64,000 nucleotides of DNA from Patescibacteria group bacterium. GTDB taxonomy: Bacteria > Patescibacteriota > Patescibacteriia > UBA2591 > JAQUPP01. This document shows, in pieces, positions 54,930-64,000 of the stretch. The position numbers were made by a program, and so were the translations under genes. The notes under the pieces are model-generated. The model did no database searches. It saw only the letters and a program-made list of their open reading frames with translations, and was not told where the DNA came from. The stretch covers positions 75,717 through 139,716 of the forward strand of contig JAQUPP010000002.1 of NCBI GenBank assembly GCA_028716665.1, read 5' to 3'. How positions within the stretch are numbered: the first letter of the stretch is position 1; every line of letters starts with the position of its first letter.

Positions 54930-55883
54930 CTAGTTTTTTCTTTTTTTATCGTGGAAGGCCTGATAAACATCTTTTAAATGTTGGTCTGTGACGTGAGTAT
55001 AAATTTGAGTGGTGGTAATATTTTTATGTCCTAATAATTCTTGAACCGCTCTCAAGTCCGCGCCGCCGGCCAATAAATCAGTGGCAAAACTGTGACGCAA
55101 AGTATGGGTGGTGATTTTTTTGGTAATACCGGCTACTTTGGCGTATTTTTTAACCAGTCTTTGAATGGAGCGGGGAGTGAGGCCTGGTTTATTTTTTTGT
55201 CCTTTTTCTTTTTTCGCGCTGTCGGTTCCCGCTTTGTCGTGTCGGACAAAAACATTCGGTTCCATATCAGTCCGCGTTTCCAAATATTTTTTCAAGCAAT
55301 ATTTTGCCTGATTTGATAAAAACACCAATCTCCATTTTTTACCTTTTCCGCAAACACTGAAATCATCTTTTTTTAAATTAATATCATCAATTTTTAAATT
55401 AGTCAATTCTGAAACGCGCAAGCCGGTGGAAAAAAGCAGCTCCAAGATTGATTTATCGCGCAGTTTTATGATATCCGGCTGTTCTATTTGAAACGGCGCT
55501 TCAAGCAGTTTTTCCAAATCATCGCCCTCTAAAAAAGAAACTTGTCTTTCGCCGGTTTTTGCCAATTCAATTTTTTCCGGAGCATAAGTTTTAATGTCTC
55601 TCTTGGCCAGATATTTTAAAAAATTTCTTAAAGCGATTAAGTGATAATTTTGAGTGGAGGTGGAAAGGCCGCTTTCAGAACGTGAGTTTTTCAAGCGAGA
55701 AAGAAAAAGGCGGTATTGTCGGACAACATCCGAAGTTATTTCTTGAGGCGAATTGGCACCGGTTTGTTTTAAAAATCGTTCCAAATAAAATTTGTAATTT
55801 CTGACAGTTAAATCCGAAGAACCTTTTTCGATTTCCAAATGTTCCAGAAACTCAGTGATTAAATTTTTTAAGTCGTTTGCCAT
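54930..55883 (-). CDS. XerC/XerD-like tyrosine recombinase
   Basis: LFSTGLRVSEL, GKGKK.R, HTLRHSFAT.LL..GADLR.VQELLGH..I.TTQIYTH. Confidence 0.93.
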   Translation of the reverse strand: MANDLKNLITEFLEHLEIEKGSSDLTVRNYKFYLERFLKQTGANSPQEITSDVVRQYRLFLSRLKNSRSESGLSTSTQNYHLIALRNFLKYLAKRDIKTYAPEKIELAKTGERQVSFLEGDDLEKLLEAPFQIEQPDIIKLRDKSILELLFSTGLRVSELTNLKIDDINLKKDDFSVCGKGKKWRLVFLSNQAKYCLKKYLETRTDMEPNVFVRHDKAGTDSAKKEKGQKNKPGLTPRSIQRLVKKYAKVAGITKKITTHTLRHSFATDLLAGGADLRAVQELLGHKNITTTQIYTHVTDQHLKDVYQAFHDKKRKN

Positions 55884-55913
55884 GTTATGATTATGACAAA
55901 TTCTTTAAATAAG

Positions 55914-56294
55914 TCAAGGTTTTGCGACGCCAGAAAAACTCTTTATTTTAATCATATATCCGATGGCTGCTCCCATTGAATCAATACCAATATCCATTAA
56001 AGAACTGACTCGGCCAAAAATAAATTTTTGGTGCCACTCGTCTGAAAAAGCGTAAAGAATGGAGAATAAAAGCGCCCAGAACATTTTTTGTTTTTTGGAT
56101 AAATTATCAAGCGCCCGAAATAACAGTAAAAATAAAATATAAAATTCTGCCATGTGAGCGATTTTTCTTAAAACAGTATCCCAAAATTCACTCAAAGAAC
56201 TTCGCAAATCGGGGATAGAGGAAAAATAAAAAATCAATCCGGCCCAAATAATAACCGGCAGCCACAAATTCAGCCATTTTTTTAATTTTGTCAT
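55914..56294 (-). CDS. VanZ family protein
   Basis: W..LIFYFSS.P, RKIAHMAE, YAFSDEWHQ.F..GR....D...D; start uncertain (56294 vs 56330). Confidence 0.85.
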   Translation of the reverse strand: MTKLKKWLNLWLPVIIWAGLIFYFSSIPDLRSSLSEFWDTVLRKIAHMAEFYILFLLLFRALDNLSKKQKMFWALLFSILYAFSDEWHQKFIFGRVSSLMDIGIDSMGAAIGYMIKIKSFSGVAKP

Positions 56295-56339
56295 GGTTTT
56301 AATAATATTGATTAAAACCATATTCGTCAAGTATTTATT

Positions 56340-56393
56340 ATTAAATTACTAAACGTTTTGGAGCGGCTGCATCAAAACGTTTAGTAATTTAAT
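56340..56393. repeat. Hairpin element with 21-bp arms (TACTAAACG family)
   Basis: attaaattactaaacgttttg / caaaacgtttagtaatttaat. Confidence 0.8.
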
Positions 56394-56516
56394 CTGCAAG
56401 AAATGTTGTTTTATAGATATAATAATTAGGTTTTTTTGGTGTTATTATGATTGACATAAAATCATTTTTTTAATATAATATTAATCATAGTTTAGAGTTA
56501 AATTTAATTTTTGTTT

Positions 56517-57851
56517 ATGAATCAAGAACAAAAACAAGAACAAATATTTGATAGTCATAAATCTCAGCATGAAAAATATCAGGCCATTTTAGATGAGACC
56601 GCCAAAGAAATGGAGAAAATTACTTTTTCTCGAGCAGATAAAGAAGAAATTTCCGAACTTAAAGAATCTGAAGAAAAATTCAGAGAGAGTTCGCGTGAAT
56701 TATGGAAAGAATTTGCTGTTCATGGAATTTTGCGTTTTGATCACAAAGAGAAAAAAATAAAATTGCAGTCACATACTGATTTGGACGGAAAAACTTGTTT
56801 AGGGTTTTTGAAAATGGCAGGTTTTAACGTTGATAATGTAACTTATGTACCGCCCGGAGAATTTATTCCAGGAGCAACCAATTTAGATACCGGTATGAAA
56901 ACAGGAATAGTTGTTTCAGAAGAAGATGAGACTGCCTGGTTTGACCATCACGGAAACGAATCTACGGAAAAAAGTATTCCGGCTAGTCGTCATCTTTATT
57001 TAGGTCTTATATCTAAAGGTTTTTTAAAAAAAGATCCTGTTTTAGATAAATTATCTCAGTTTGTTTCCCGCGTAGATCGCGCTCAATATCCTGATGCCAA
57101 AGAACTTTTTACCATAAGCGATCGCACTGTTTTCGGACTTCAGAGATTTTTTAGTTTTGAAAATTTATATGATTATTTTCAGCAAGGCCGTTCGCCTCAA
57201 GAAATTCTTTCAGATGAAGATTTAGAAAAATATGGCCTTGTTCAAAGAAGTAATGAACAGAGAGGAGTAATTAAAAGTTCTTTAGAAACCATTGAAAAAT
57301 TAAAAGAAAATGGATTTGTTATTAAGACGAAATTCGGCGAAGTAGTGATTGATATAGATAAAAAAGTAGCCGGTGGTTATCAGGCCGTCAGAGCTGCCGA
57401 TTATGACGGTTATGTTTTATATTCTCCGCGATTTGAAAGTTTTTTTATTTCAATTCATCAGGCGGATTTGTCAAAAATTGATTTTTCACAGGGAAAAAAT
57501 ATTCGAGAGAATATGTGGATTAAACCGCAAGATGAAAAAAAACCTTTAACTATTCCACTTCGAGAAGTAATTGAAAAATTAGGCGGTGAAATTCCTAAAC
57601 AAGGATCTTTAAAGGAAACAACAGAAATGATTGATTTGCGTTTTAAAGAATTTATAGTCACTCCGCTAACTTCGCGTGATAAAAATAATGAAATTAAAAC
57701 TATCACCTGGGATCTGGGAAAATTGGCTATTTTCCCCAAAGATTTTAAATTTGATCCCGGTAAAAAATATAAGGTCAAAATCAAATTTGATTCCGCCCCA
57801 GGGGAAAGAAAAGGCTTTTATATTTTAGAAGTTTTAAAAGAAGCAGAATAA
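56517..57851 (+). CDS. Divergent DHH-superfamily phosphoesterase-like protein
   Basis: HTDLDG, NLDTG and FDHH in DHH motif order; TTGACA-17-TATAAT at 56451-56479. Confidence 0.6.
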   Translation: MNQEQKQEQIFDSHKSQHEKYQAILDETAKEMEKITFSRADKEEISELKESEEKFRESSRELWKEFAVHGILRFDHKEKKIKLQSHTDLDGKTCLGFLKMAGFNVDNVTYVPPGEFIPGATNLDTGMKTGIVVSEEDETAWFDHHGNESTEKSIPASRHLYLGLISKGFLKKDPVLDKLSQFVSRVDRAQYPDAKELFTISDRTVFGLQRFFSFENLYDYFQQGRSPQEILSDEDLEKYGLVQRSNEQRGVIKSSLETIEKLKENGFVIKTKFGEVVIDIDKKVAGGYQAVRAADYDGYVLYSPRFESFFISIHQADLSKIDFSQGKNIRENMWIKPQDEKKPLTIPLREVIEKLGGEIPKQGSLKETTEMIDLRFKEFIVTPLTSRDKNNEIKTITWDLGKLAIFPKDFKFDPGKKYKVKIKFDSAPGERKGFYILEVLKEAE

Positions 57852-57923
57852 ATGATCATTTTGGGTTGCTAAAAATAATAGAATGTGCTAATATAATAAT
57901 ATTATAATTAAACTTAAATTATG

Positions 57924-58135
57924 CCAGGTAGTGGACTTTGACTCGTCCTCCCACCGCTAAAAAGTTTTACCTGGTAATACCATAATTGCGCGCTTAATCA
58001 ATTAAAAAAGTCTAATTTTGTTGATTTTTGGTCGGACAAAAAATTCATATAACAAACAAAGGTTTCCTAAATAATTTAATTAATAACTTAAAACTTTGGT
58101 AATTTTACAAAAATTGTCAAAGTTCTACTACTTGG
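57924..58135. mobile_element. 212-bp inverted-repeat element on the rpsO start codon with TATG duplication
   Basis: tatg-[ccaggtagt...actacttgg]-tatg; 19-nt end identical to the element at 24462-24579. Confidence 0.6.
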
Positions 58136-58136
58136 T

Positions 58137-58400
58137 ATGCTTAAAAAAGAAGAAAAAAAACAAATTATCACCGACAATCAAATTAACGAAACTGACACCG
58201 GTTCGTCTGAGGTTCAAATCGGTCTCTTAACCAAAGAGATTGAAAGTTTGACCGAACATTTGAAAGCTCATATCCATGATTTTTCATCCAGGCGCGGTTT
58301 GATAAAAAAAGTCAGCCAAAGACGAAAATTTTTAAAATATCTTCAAGCTAACGACCCTAAAAGTTACGAGAAGATTATTAAAAAACTTAAAAGAAAATAA
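58137..58400 (+). CDS. rpsO: 30S ribosomal protein uS15
   Basis: DTGSSEVQI..LT..I..LTEHL..H.HD.SSRRGL. Confidence 0.98.
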   Translation: MLKKEEKKQIITDNQINETDTGSSEVQIGLLTKEIESLTEHLKAHIHDFSSRRGLIKKVSQRRKFLKYLQANDPKSYEKIIKKLKRK

Positions 58401-58412
58401 TAAAATTTTAGT

Positions 58413-58928
58413 ATGATCAAACATAAAGATCAGAGGATCGGAGTTTTTATTGACGTGCAGAACATGTATCATTCTGCCAAAAATTTGTATCATGCCAATG
58501 TTAACTTTGCAAAAGTTTTGGAAGAAATTGTTGCCGGACGTCAATTGATCCGAGCTATCGCTTATGTTATCAAATCAGACAGCCGCGAAGAACAAACTTT
58601 TTTTGAAGCGCTTTCAAATCAAGGGTTTGAATTGAAAATAAAAGATTTGCAAATTTTCCCGGGCGGAATGAAAAAAGCGGATTGGGATGTTGGAATGGCG
58701 GTTGATGCGATTAAATTAGCCGACAAAGTTGATGTGGTTATTTTGGTAACCGGCGATGGAGACTTTATCCCGTTAGTTTCTTATTTAAAAGAAAACAAGG
58801 GCTGCCGAGTGGAGCTGGTGGCTTTTGAACGAACCACTTCGTCTAAATTAGTTGAAACAGTCGATGAGTTTACCGATTTGGGCAAAAACATTAAGAAATT
58901 TCTAATTAAAAGATACAACAACAAATAA
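58413..58928 (+). CDS. NYN domain (LabA/DUF88, PIN-like) protein
   Basis: FIDVQN, KADWDVGMAVD, TGDGDF.PL. Confidence 0.92.
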   Translation: MIKHKDQRIGVFIDVQNMYHSAKNLYHANVNFAKVLEEIVAGRQLIRAIAYVIKSDSREEQTFFEALSNQGFELKIKDLQIFPGGMKKADWDVGMAVDAIKLADKVDVVILVTGDGDFIPLVSYLKENKGCRVELVAFERTTSSKLVETVDEFTDLGKNIKKFLIKRYNNK

Positions 58929-58936
58929 CAAGGGCC

Positions 58937-59109
58937 GCAAATTTCTCCTTCACTCAGCGCTCCAATCCCTTGAAAATTATACTCGTTTTATTCTGAAAAA
59001 TTCATAACTCCTCTCCCGACTATAGCGGGATCGTCAAACAGATGAATTTTTCAATAAAACTCCTTAATTTTCTAAGGCTTTTCCGCGACATCGTTCAGGC
59101 GAAATTTGC
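58937..59109. repeat. About 170-nt imperfect long hairpin upstream of pnp
   Basis: gcaaatttc/gaaatttgc, ccttgaaaatta/taattttctaagg, tgaaaaattcat/atgaatttttca; apical tcccg.ctatag.cggga. Confidence 0.7.
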
Positions 59110-59171
59110 TAAATGTAAGAAATAATTAACTACTAAATTATCAAATAAAATAAATATAAATTGTTAAAAAA

Positions 59172-61349
59172 ATGACTATGGAATTTACAACAGATGTAGC
59201 AGGCAAAAAATTAATAGTAAAAACCGGTGAAATAGCCGGTCAAGCAAATGGTTCTTGCACAGTTCAGTACGGTGAAACAACCGTTTTGGCCACCGCCGTT
59301 ATGGGCGATAAAGACCAAGAGGGAATGGATTATTTCCCTTTAATGGTTGAATACGAAGAACGTTTTTACGCAGCAGGAAAAATCAAAGGTTCTCGCTTTA
59401 TAAAAAGAGAGACTCGTCCACCAGACGAGGCTATTTTAATTGGACGCTTAATTGACCGCTCTATCCGTCCTCTTTTTGATCAAGATATGCGACGCTCGGT
59501 TCAAGTTATTTTAACCGTGCTTTCCATTGATCATGAAAATGATCCTGATATACCGGCGCTTCTCGGCGCTTCCATCGCTTTGCATATGTCCAATATCCCT
59601 TGGAACGGACCGATAGCAGGCGTAAGGGTCGGACAAATTAATGGAGAACTTGTTGTTAACCCAACTCAAACTTTAAGAGCTACCAGTAATCTTGATTTAA
59701 TGATTTGCGGAATGAATAAAAGAGTTTTAATGATTGAAGCCGGTGCTCAAGAAATAGAAGCTGACGTAATGTATAAAGCAATGGAATTGGGCGCGGAAGA
59801 ATTTGAAAAAATCAATAAATTTATTGAAGAAATCAGAGAAAAAACAGGCAAGCCAAAAATGGTTTTGGTGTCTTCTCTGAGTCCGGAAGATATTGCTGCC
59901 AAAGAAGAAGTTAAAAAAATTACTGAAGAAGTTGTTAAAGCGGAAATGCCGAAATATTTCTTTGATCATCCGTTAAAAATGAAAGAAGACAGAATCGGCG
60001 CCAAGAAAAAATTGATTGCCCGTTTGGAAGAAGTTTTTATTGAAAAAAATATTGGTAAAGACAGAAGAGGCAAAGGTTTTGATTATGCCATGAAATTAAT
60101 TTATCAGGAAATCAGCCAAGCTATTTTGGATCGCGATCAAAGAATTGACGGACGCAAACTTGATGAACTTAGAGAAATTTCCTGCCAAGTCGGAGTTCTG
60201 CCAAGAGTTCACGGTTCAGCCATATTTAACAGAGGAGAAACACAAGTACTCTCGGTTGTTACTTTGGGCGGTCCGGGTATGGAACAATATTTGGACACCA
60301 TGGAAGACAGCAGCCGAAAACGCTATATGCATCATTATAATTTCCCGCCGTTTTGTTCTGGAGAAGCCGGGCCTTTAAGACAAACAGGACGAAGAGAAGT
60401 TGGTCATGGCGCTTTGGCGGAAAAAGGAATTTTACCGATTTTGCCGGATAAAGAAAATTTTCCTTATACTCTCAGATTGGTTTCAGAAGTTCTTTCTTCA
60501 AACGGCTCCACTTCAATGGCCGCGACTTGCGCTTCAGTTTTATCATCAATGGATGCCGGTATTCCGATTAAAAAATTAGTATCCGGTATAGCCGTTGGTT
60601 TAGCTTCTGAAGAAGGGGATAATGGATTTAAAAAATATAAAGTTATAACCGATATCCAAGATTTGGAAGACGGGCCAGGCGGAATGGATTTTAAAATTAT
60701 CGGAACGCCGACAGGAATTACCGCCATTCAAATGGATACAAAAACAAAAGGTTTAACTTTTGACGTAATTAAAGAAACTTTTCAGGCCTCAGCAAATGCT
60801 CGAGTTAAGATTCTGGAAATAATGACTCAAGCTATGCCGAAGCCCAGAGAAAATTTCTCACCTTACGCGCCAAGAGTGACCATGATTAAAATTAATCCTG
60901 ATAAAATCAGAGATGTGGTCGGACCGGGTGGAAAAATGATTAATGAAATCGTTGCTCAAACCGGATCAACAATTGATATTGAACAAGACGGCACAGTTAT
61001 GGTTACTTCATTGAATGAAGAATCAAAAAATAAAGCGGTTGAATGGATTAAAAATATCACTCATGAAGTTAAGGCCGGTGAAATTTTCCAAGGTAAAATT
61101 ACCAGAATTATGGATTTTGGCGCTTTTGCCGAAGTCGTGCGCGGTCAAGAAGGATTGATTCATGTTTCAGAAATGGCCAATTATCGCGTTGAACATCCTG
61201 ATGATTTGGTTAAAGTCGGCGACATTGTACCGGTCAAAGTGATGGAAATTGACAGACAAGGCAGAATTAATCTTTCAATGAGAGCCTTACTTGAAGGCGG
61301 CGATCAAGCTCGTCCGAATCGAGGAGGCAATGATGATCGTCGAAGATAG
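59172..61349 (+). CDS. pnp: Polyribonucleotide nucleotidyltransferase (PNPase)
   Basis: YAAGKI.G, RIDGR, SNGSTSMA, GGMDFK, KH (IR.V.GPGG) and S1 domains. Confidence 0.98.
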   Translation: MTMEFTTDVAGKKLIVKTGEIAGQANGSCTVQYGETTVLATAVMGDKDQEGMDYFPLMVEYEERFYAAGKIKGSRFIKRETRPPDEAILIGRLIDRSIRPLFDQDMRRSVQVILTVLSIDHENDPDIPALLGASIALHMSNIPWNGPIAGVRVGQINGELVVNPTQTLRATSNLDLMICGMNKRVLMIEAGAQEIEADVMYKAMELGAEEFEKINKFIEEIREKTGKPKMVLVSSLSPEDIAAKEEVKKITEEVVKAEMPKYFFDHPLKMKEDRIGAKKKLIARLEEVFIEKNIGKDRRGKGFDYAMKLIYQEISQAILDRDQRIDGRKLDELREISCQVGVLPRVHGSAIFNRGETQVLSVVTLGGPGMEQYLDTMEDSSRKRYMHHYNFPPFCSGEAGPLRQTGRREVGHGALAEKGILPILPDKENFPYTLRLVSEVLSSNGSTSMAATCASVLSSMDAGIPIKKLVSGIAVGLASEEGDNGFKKYKVITDIQDLEDGPGGMDFKIIGTPTGITAIQMDTKTKGLTFDVIKETFQASANARVKILEIMTQAMPKPRENFSPYAPRVTMIKINPDKIRDVVGPGGKMINEIVAQTGSTIDIEQDGTVMVTSLNEESKNKAVEWIKNITHEVKAGEIFQGKITRIMDFGAFAEVVRGQEGLIHVSEMANYRVEHPDDLVKVGDIVPVKVMEIDRQGRINLSMRALLEGGDQARPNRGGNDDRRR

Positions 61350-61366
61350 AAAACGATACTAAAAAA

Positions 61367-61406
61367 TAAGCTGATAAGCTGGTAAGCTGGTAAGTAAATA
61401 AGTAGT
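61367..61406 (+). repeat. Single arm of 8-nt tandem array
   Basis: taagctga taagctgg taagctgg taagtaaa taagtagt. Confidence 0.75.
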
Positions 61407-61420
61407 GAATAAAAAATAAT

Positions 61421-62002
61421 ATGAATGACAAAAGGGCAAAATTAATAATAAGAATTGTTGCCGGAGTGATTTTCGTTTTGTCACTTATTCTATCAATCAT
61501 AAGTCTTTTATCTTTAGTGACTAAAATTTCTGGAATTAATAGAACAATATTCAGTGCGTATATCCAGATTTTTATGACCAGTAGATTTATGAATCATTTT
61601 TTCATTGATGTTATTGGTAGTCAGTTTATTTTTATACCTTTATATCTCTTATTTTTAAGTTTGATAATAGGTATATTTGGATTAATTGCTTCAAAAGGGC
61701 TATGGCAATATAGAAAATGGTGGAAGGTTGCTTTAATTATTCTCTCATTATTTTTAATAATTCTGAGTGGAAAAGGGATTCTATGGGTTTTATTGGGATT
61801 GGGTATTGGAATTGGTGACTCTGGGAGATATATTTCTCTTAAAGATATTTTTTATGTGTTACAAAAATTCGGAGTATTAAAATTTTTTGAAGCAGTCATA
61901 TTCTTTGTCTTTTTTATTTGTCTATTTTCATTTAATAAAACAATAAGAAATGTTTTTGAGAAACAAAAAACTGGAGTAGCAGAATCAAAAAATAACGAAT
62001 AA
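61421..62002 (+). CDS. Hypothetical membrane protein
   Basis: About 4 TM segments, very AT-rich. Confidence 0.65.
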   Translation: MNDKRAKLIIRIVAGVIFVLSLILSIISLLSLVTKISGINRTIFSAYIQIFMTSRFMNHFFIDVIGSQFIFIPLYLLFLSLIIGIFGLIASKGLWQYRKWWKVALIILSLFLIILSGKGILWVLLGLGIGIGDSGRYISLKDIFYVLQKFGVLKFFEAVIFFVFFICLFSFNKTIRNVFEKQKTGVAESKNNE

Positions 62003-62027
62003 GAAAATAAAATTTTAAATTTAATTT

Positions 62028-63104
62028 ATGCCAATAAATAAAGACTCCCTGCCTACCGGCAGGCAGGAAAAATTTTATCCGGGCGAAAGAAAAAATATTT
62101 TGGTTACAGGTGGAGCCGGTTTTATCGGTTCTCACCTTTGCGACCAATTGATAGCAGACAATAATGTTATTTGCGTGGATGATTTCATTGGCGGCGGAAA
62201 TTTGAACAATATCAGTCATCTCTTACAGAACCCGAATTTCCGTTTTATCAAGCATGATATTAATTTGCCGATAAATTTTGAAGAATTTCCGGAATTAGCG
62301 AATTTTAAAATTAAAATTCACGGCATTCAGGAAATTTTTCATTTAGCTTCTCCAACCTCGGCTAAAAACTTTAATCAGTTGCGATTGAAAAGTTTGCACA
62401 CCAATGCCATCGGCACGATTAATATTTTGGAAATGGCTAAATTGTATAAAGCAAAAATTCTTTTTACTTCTTCAGCCGTGGTTTACGGTTCTCGTCGCAA
62501 AGATAATTCTTCTTTCAAAGAAAGTGATTTTGGTTCTGTTAATTTTATCAGTCCGAGAGCTTGCTATGATGAAGGGAAACGTTTTGCCGAAACAGCCATG
62601 ATGACTTATCGGGAAATGTACGGATTGGATACTAAGATTGTCAGAATTTTCAGAACTTACGGTCCGCGTGAAACTCTTTTTGACGGACAAATGGTTCCTG
62701 ATTTTGTTCTGCAAGCGCTTACGCAGCAGCCTTTGATTATTTACGGAGATGGAAATTTTTCAACTTCGCTTTGTTACGTAGGCGATGTTGTTGACGGCAT
62801 TATTTCAATGATGGACTCAAATGAAATCGGACCGATAAATTTGGGCGGATCAGAAGAATATAAATTGGTGGATCTGGCTAATAAAATTATAGAAATTACT
62901 CATTCTCAATCCAAAGTTGAGTTTAAATCACCGCTCCTTTTTATGACTCCGCTCGGTCTGCCCGATATCAGTTTGGCGAAAGAAAAATTAAATTGGCTCC
63001 CGGTTGTCGGATTAAATGACGGTCTGGAAAAATTAGTTGATTATGTTAAGGCTAACAGAATATTACTGGAACCTTTAATAAGTCAGTATGGAGAAAAATT
63101 TTAA
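62028..63104 (+). CDS. NAD-dependent epimerase/dehydratase, UDP-glucuronate decarboxylase-like
   Basis: TGGAGFIGSHL, HLASP.S, PRACYDEGKRFAE, RIF.TYGP. Confidence 0.9.
   Translation: MPINKDSLPTGRQEKFYPGERKNILVTGGAGFIGSHLCDQLIADNNVICVDDFIGGGNLNNISHLLQNPNFRFIKHDINLPINFEEFPELANFKIKIHGIQEIFHLASPTSAKNFNQLRLKSLHTNAIGTINILEMAKLYKAKILFTSSAVVYGSRRKDNSSFKESDFGSVNFISPRACYDEGKRFAETAMMTYREMYGLDTKIVRIFRTYGPRETLFDGQMVPDFVLQALTQQPLIIYGDGNFSTSLCYVGDVVDGIISMMDSNEIGPINLGGSEEYKLVDLANKIIEITHSQSKVEFKSPLLFMTPLGLPDISLAKEKLNWLPVVGLNDGLEKLVDYVKANRILLEPLISQYGEKF
62048..62067. repeat. 20-nt palindromic element in-frame (LPTGRQ)
   Basis: cctgcctaccggcaggcagg = reverse complement of 4643-4662. Confidence 0.85.
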
Positions 63105-63768
63105 TAAAATTGTTATTGTTATCCCGGCTTATAACGAAATTAAAACCATTAAAGAAGTTATTAAAGACGCTCAAACAATAACCAAAGAAATAATAGTTAT
63201 TGACGATGCTTCTTCGGATAAAACCGGCGAAGCGGCAAAAAATAGCGGAGCGAAAGTTTTCAGACATATCCTTAACTTGGGATTAGGAGGAGCCTTAAAA
63301 ACAGGATTTGACGCGGCTCTCAGAGAAAATGCCGATATAGTCGTAACCATGGATGCCGATGGCCAGCATAAAGCAAAAGAAATTCCGAATTTAATCAAAC
63401 CGATTTTGGAAGATAAGGCGGACGCGGTGATCGGATCAAGATTTTTAAATTATCAAGAAATGCCAAAAAGCAGGCGAATGTGCAACTTGGCGGCCAATTG
63501 GATTACTTTTATAATTTGCGGGGTTAAGACTACGGACAGTCAATCGGGATTAAGGGCGTTCAATCGAGTTGCTCTGGAAAAAATAGAAATAAAAAGCAGA
63601 CACATGGAAGTCTCTTCCGAATTTTTTAAGGAAATTAAAAATAAAAAACTTCGTTTTGCGGAGGTGCCGACTGAAAGTATTTACACGGAATATTCTTTAT
63701 CCAAAGGGCAAAATTTTTTCTTGGGTATTAAAACTTTGTTCAAATTAATTATAGATAGATTTATATAA
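63088..63768 (+). CDS. GT2 glycosyltransferase (DPM synthase-like)
   Basis: IPAYNE, IDDASSD.T, NLGLG.A, MDADGQH, GSRF, DSQSG.RA. Confidence 0.92.
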   Translation: MEKNFNKIVIVIPAYNEIKTIKEVIKDAQTITKEIIVIDDASSDKTGEAAKNSGAKVFRHILNLGLGGALKTGFDAALRENADIVVTMDADGQHKAKEIPNLIKPILEDKADAVIGSRFLNYQEMPKSRRMCNLAANWITFIICGVKTTDSQSGLRAFNRVALEKIEIKSRHMEVSSEFFKEIKNKKLRFAEVPTESIYTEYSLSKGQNFFLGIKTLFKLIIDRFI

Positions 63769-63770
63769 AT

Positions 63771-64000
63771 ATGCTTTGGATTCAAATATTATTCATTTTT
63801 TTAATTTTATTTATAATCAGCAGATTGATTTTAAGACTGAAAAATAATCAAATTAATTTTTTAAATTTTCTGGCTTGGTTGATTTTTTGGTTGGCGGCGA
63901 CAATAGCGGTCATTTGGCCGGAAGTCACCAGTTTCTTGGCTAGAATATTAGGTGTGGGAAGGGGAGCGGATATTATCGTATATTTCTCCCTTATTTTATT
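63771..64000 (+). CDS. DUF2304-like membrane protein (partial, runs off window)
   Basis: W..FW......WP.....LA..LGVGRGAD...Y; typical position after DPM-like GT2. Confidence 0.75.
   Translation, partial: MLWIQILFIFLILFIISRLILRLKNNQINFLNFLAWLIFWLAATIAVIWPEVTSFLARILGVGRGADIIVYFSLIL

Noticed and set aside
54930-55883. Integron integrase driving the cassette cluster
   Set aside because: It looks like housekeeping XerC/D, with no evident IntI-specific insertion, and no attC-type sites were found between cassettes.

Overview
AT-rich bacterial chromosomal window with the hallmarks of a Patescibacteria/CPR (Parcubacteria-like) genome: no rpmD (uL30), mostly SD-less core genes, and a CPR-type VirD4/TraG-like ATPase. 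The core content is scpAB, murE, rpoBC, ndk, rpmB, the str-S10-spc cluster (rpsL to map), rpsO-NYN-pnp and four tRNAs. Accessory content is (i) a methyltransferase + OLD-like ATPase/TOPRIM + DUF262-HNH putative defence operon next to tRNA-Arg(CCG); (ii) a group 3b-like [NiFe] hydrogenase operon interrupted by a four-helix-bundle gene; (iii) an XRE/ImmA pair; and (iv) many stand-alone ORFan cassettes with their own promoter, SD and terminator. The least explained signal is a dense layer of small selfish-looking DNA. It includes inverted arrays of 7-9 nt tandem repeats (one pair enclosing the four-helix-bundle gene, others empty or in-frame in murE), inverted-repeat elements sitting on start codons (TATG duplication) or a -35 box (TTGA duplication), a 20-nt palindrome translated in-frame in two unrelated proteins, and an orphan, apparently independently transcribed ~270-nt structured RNA. 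All calls come from reading the sequence; no searches were run.
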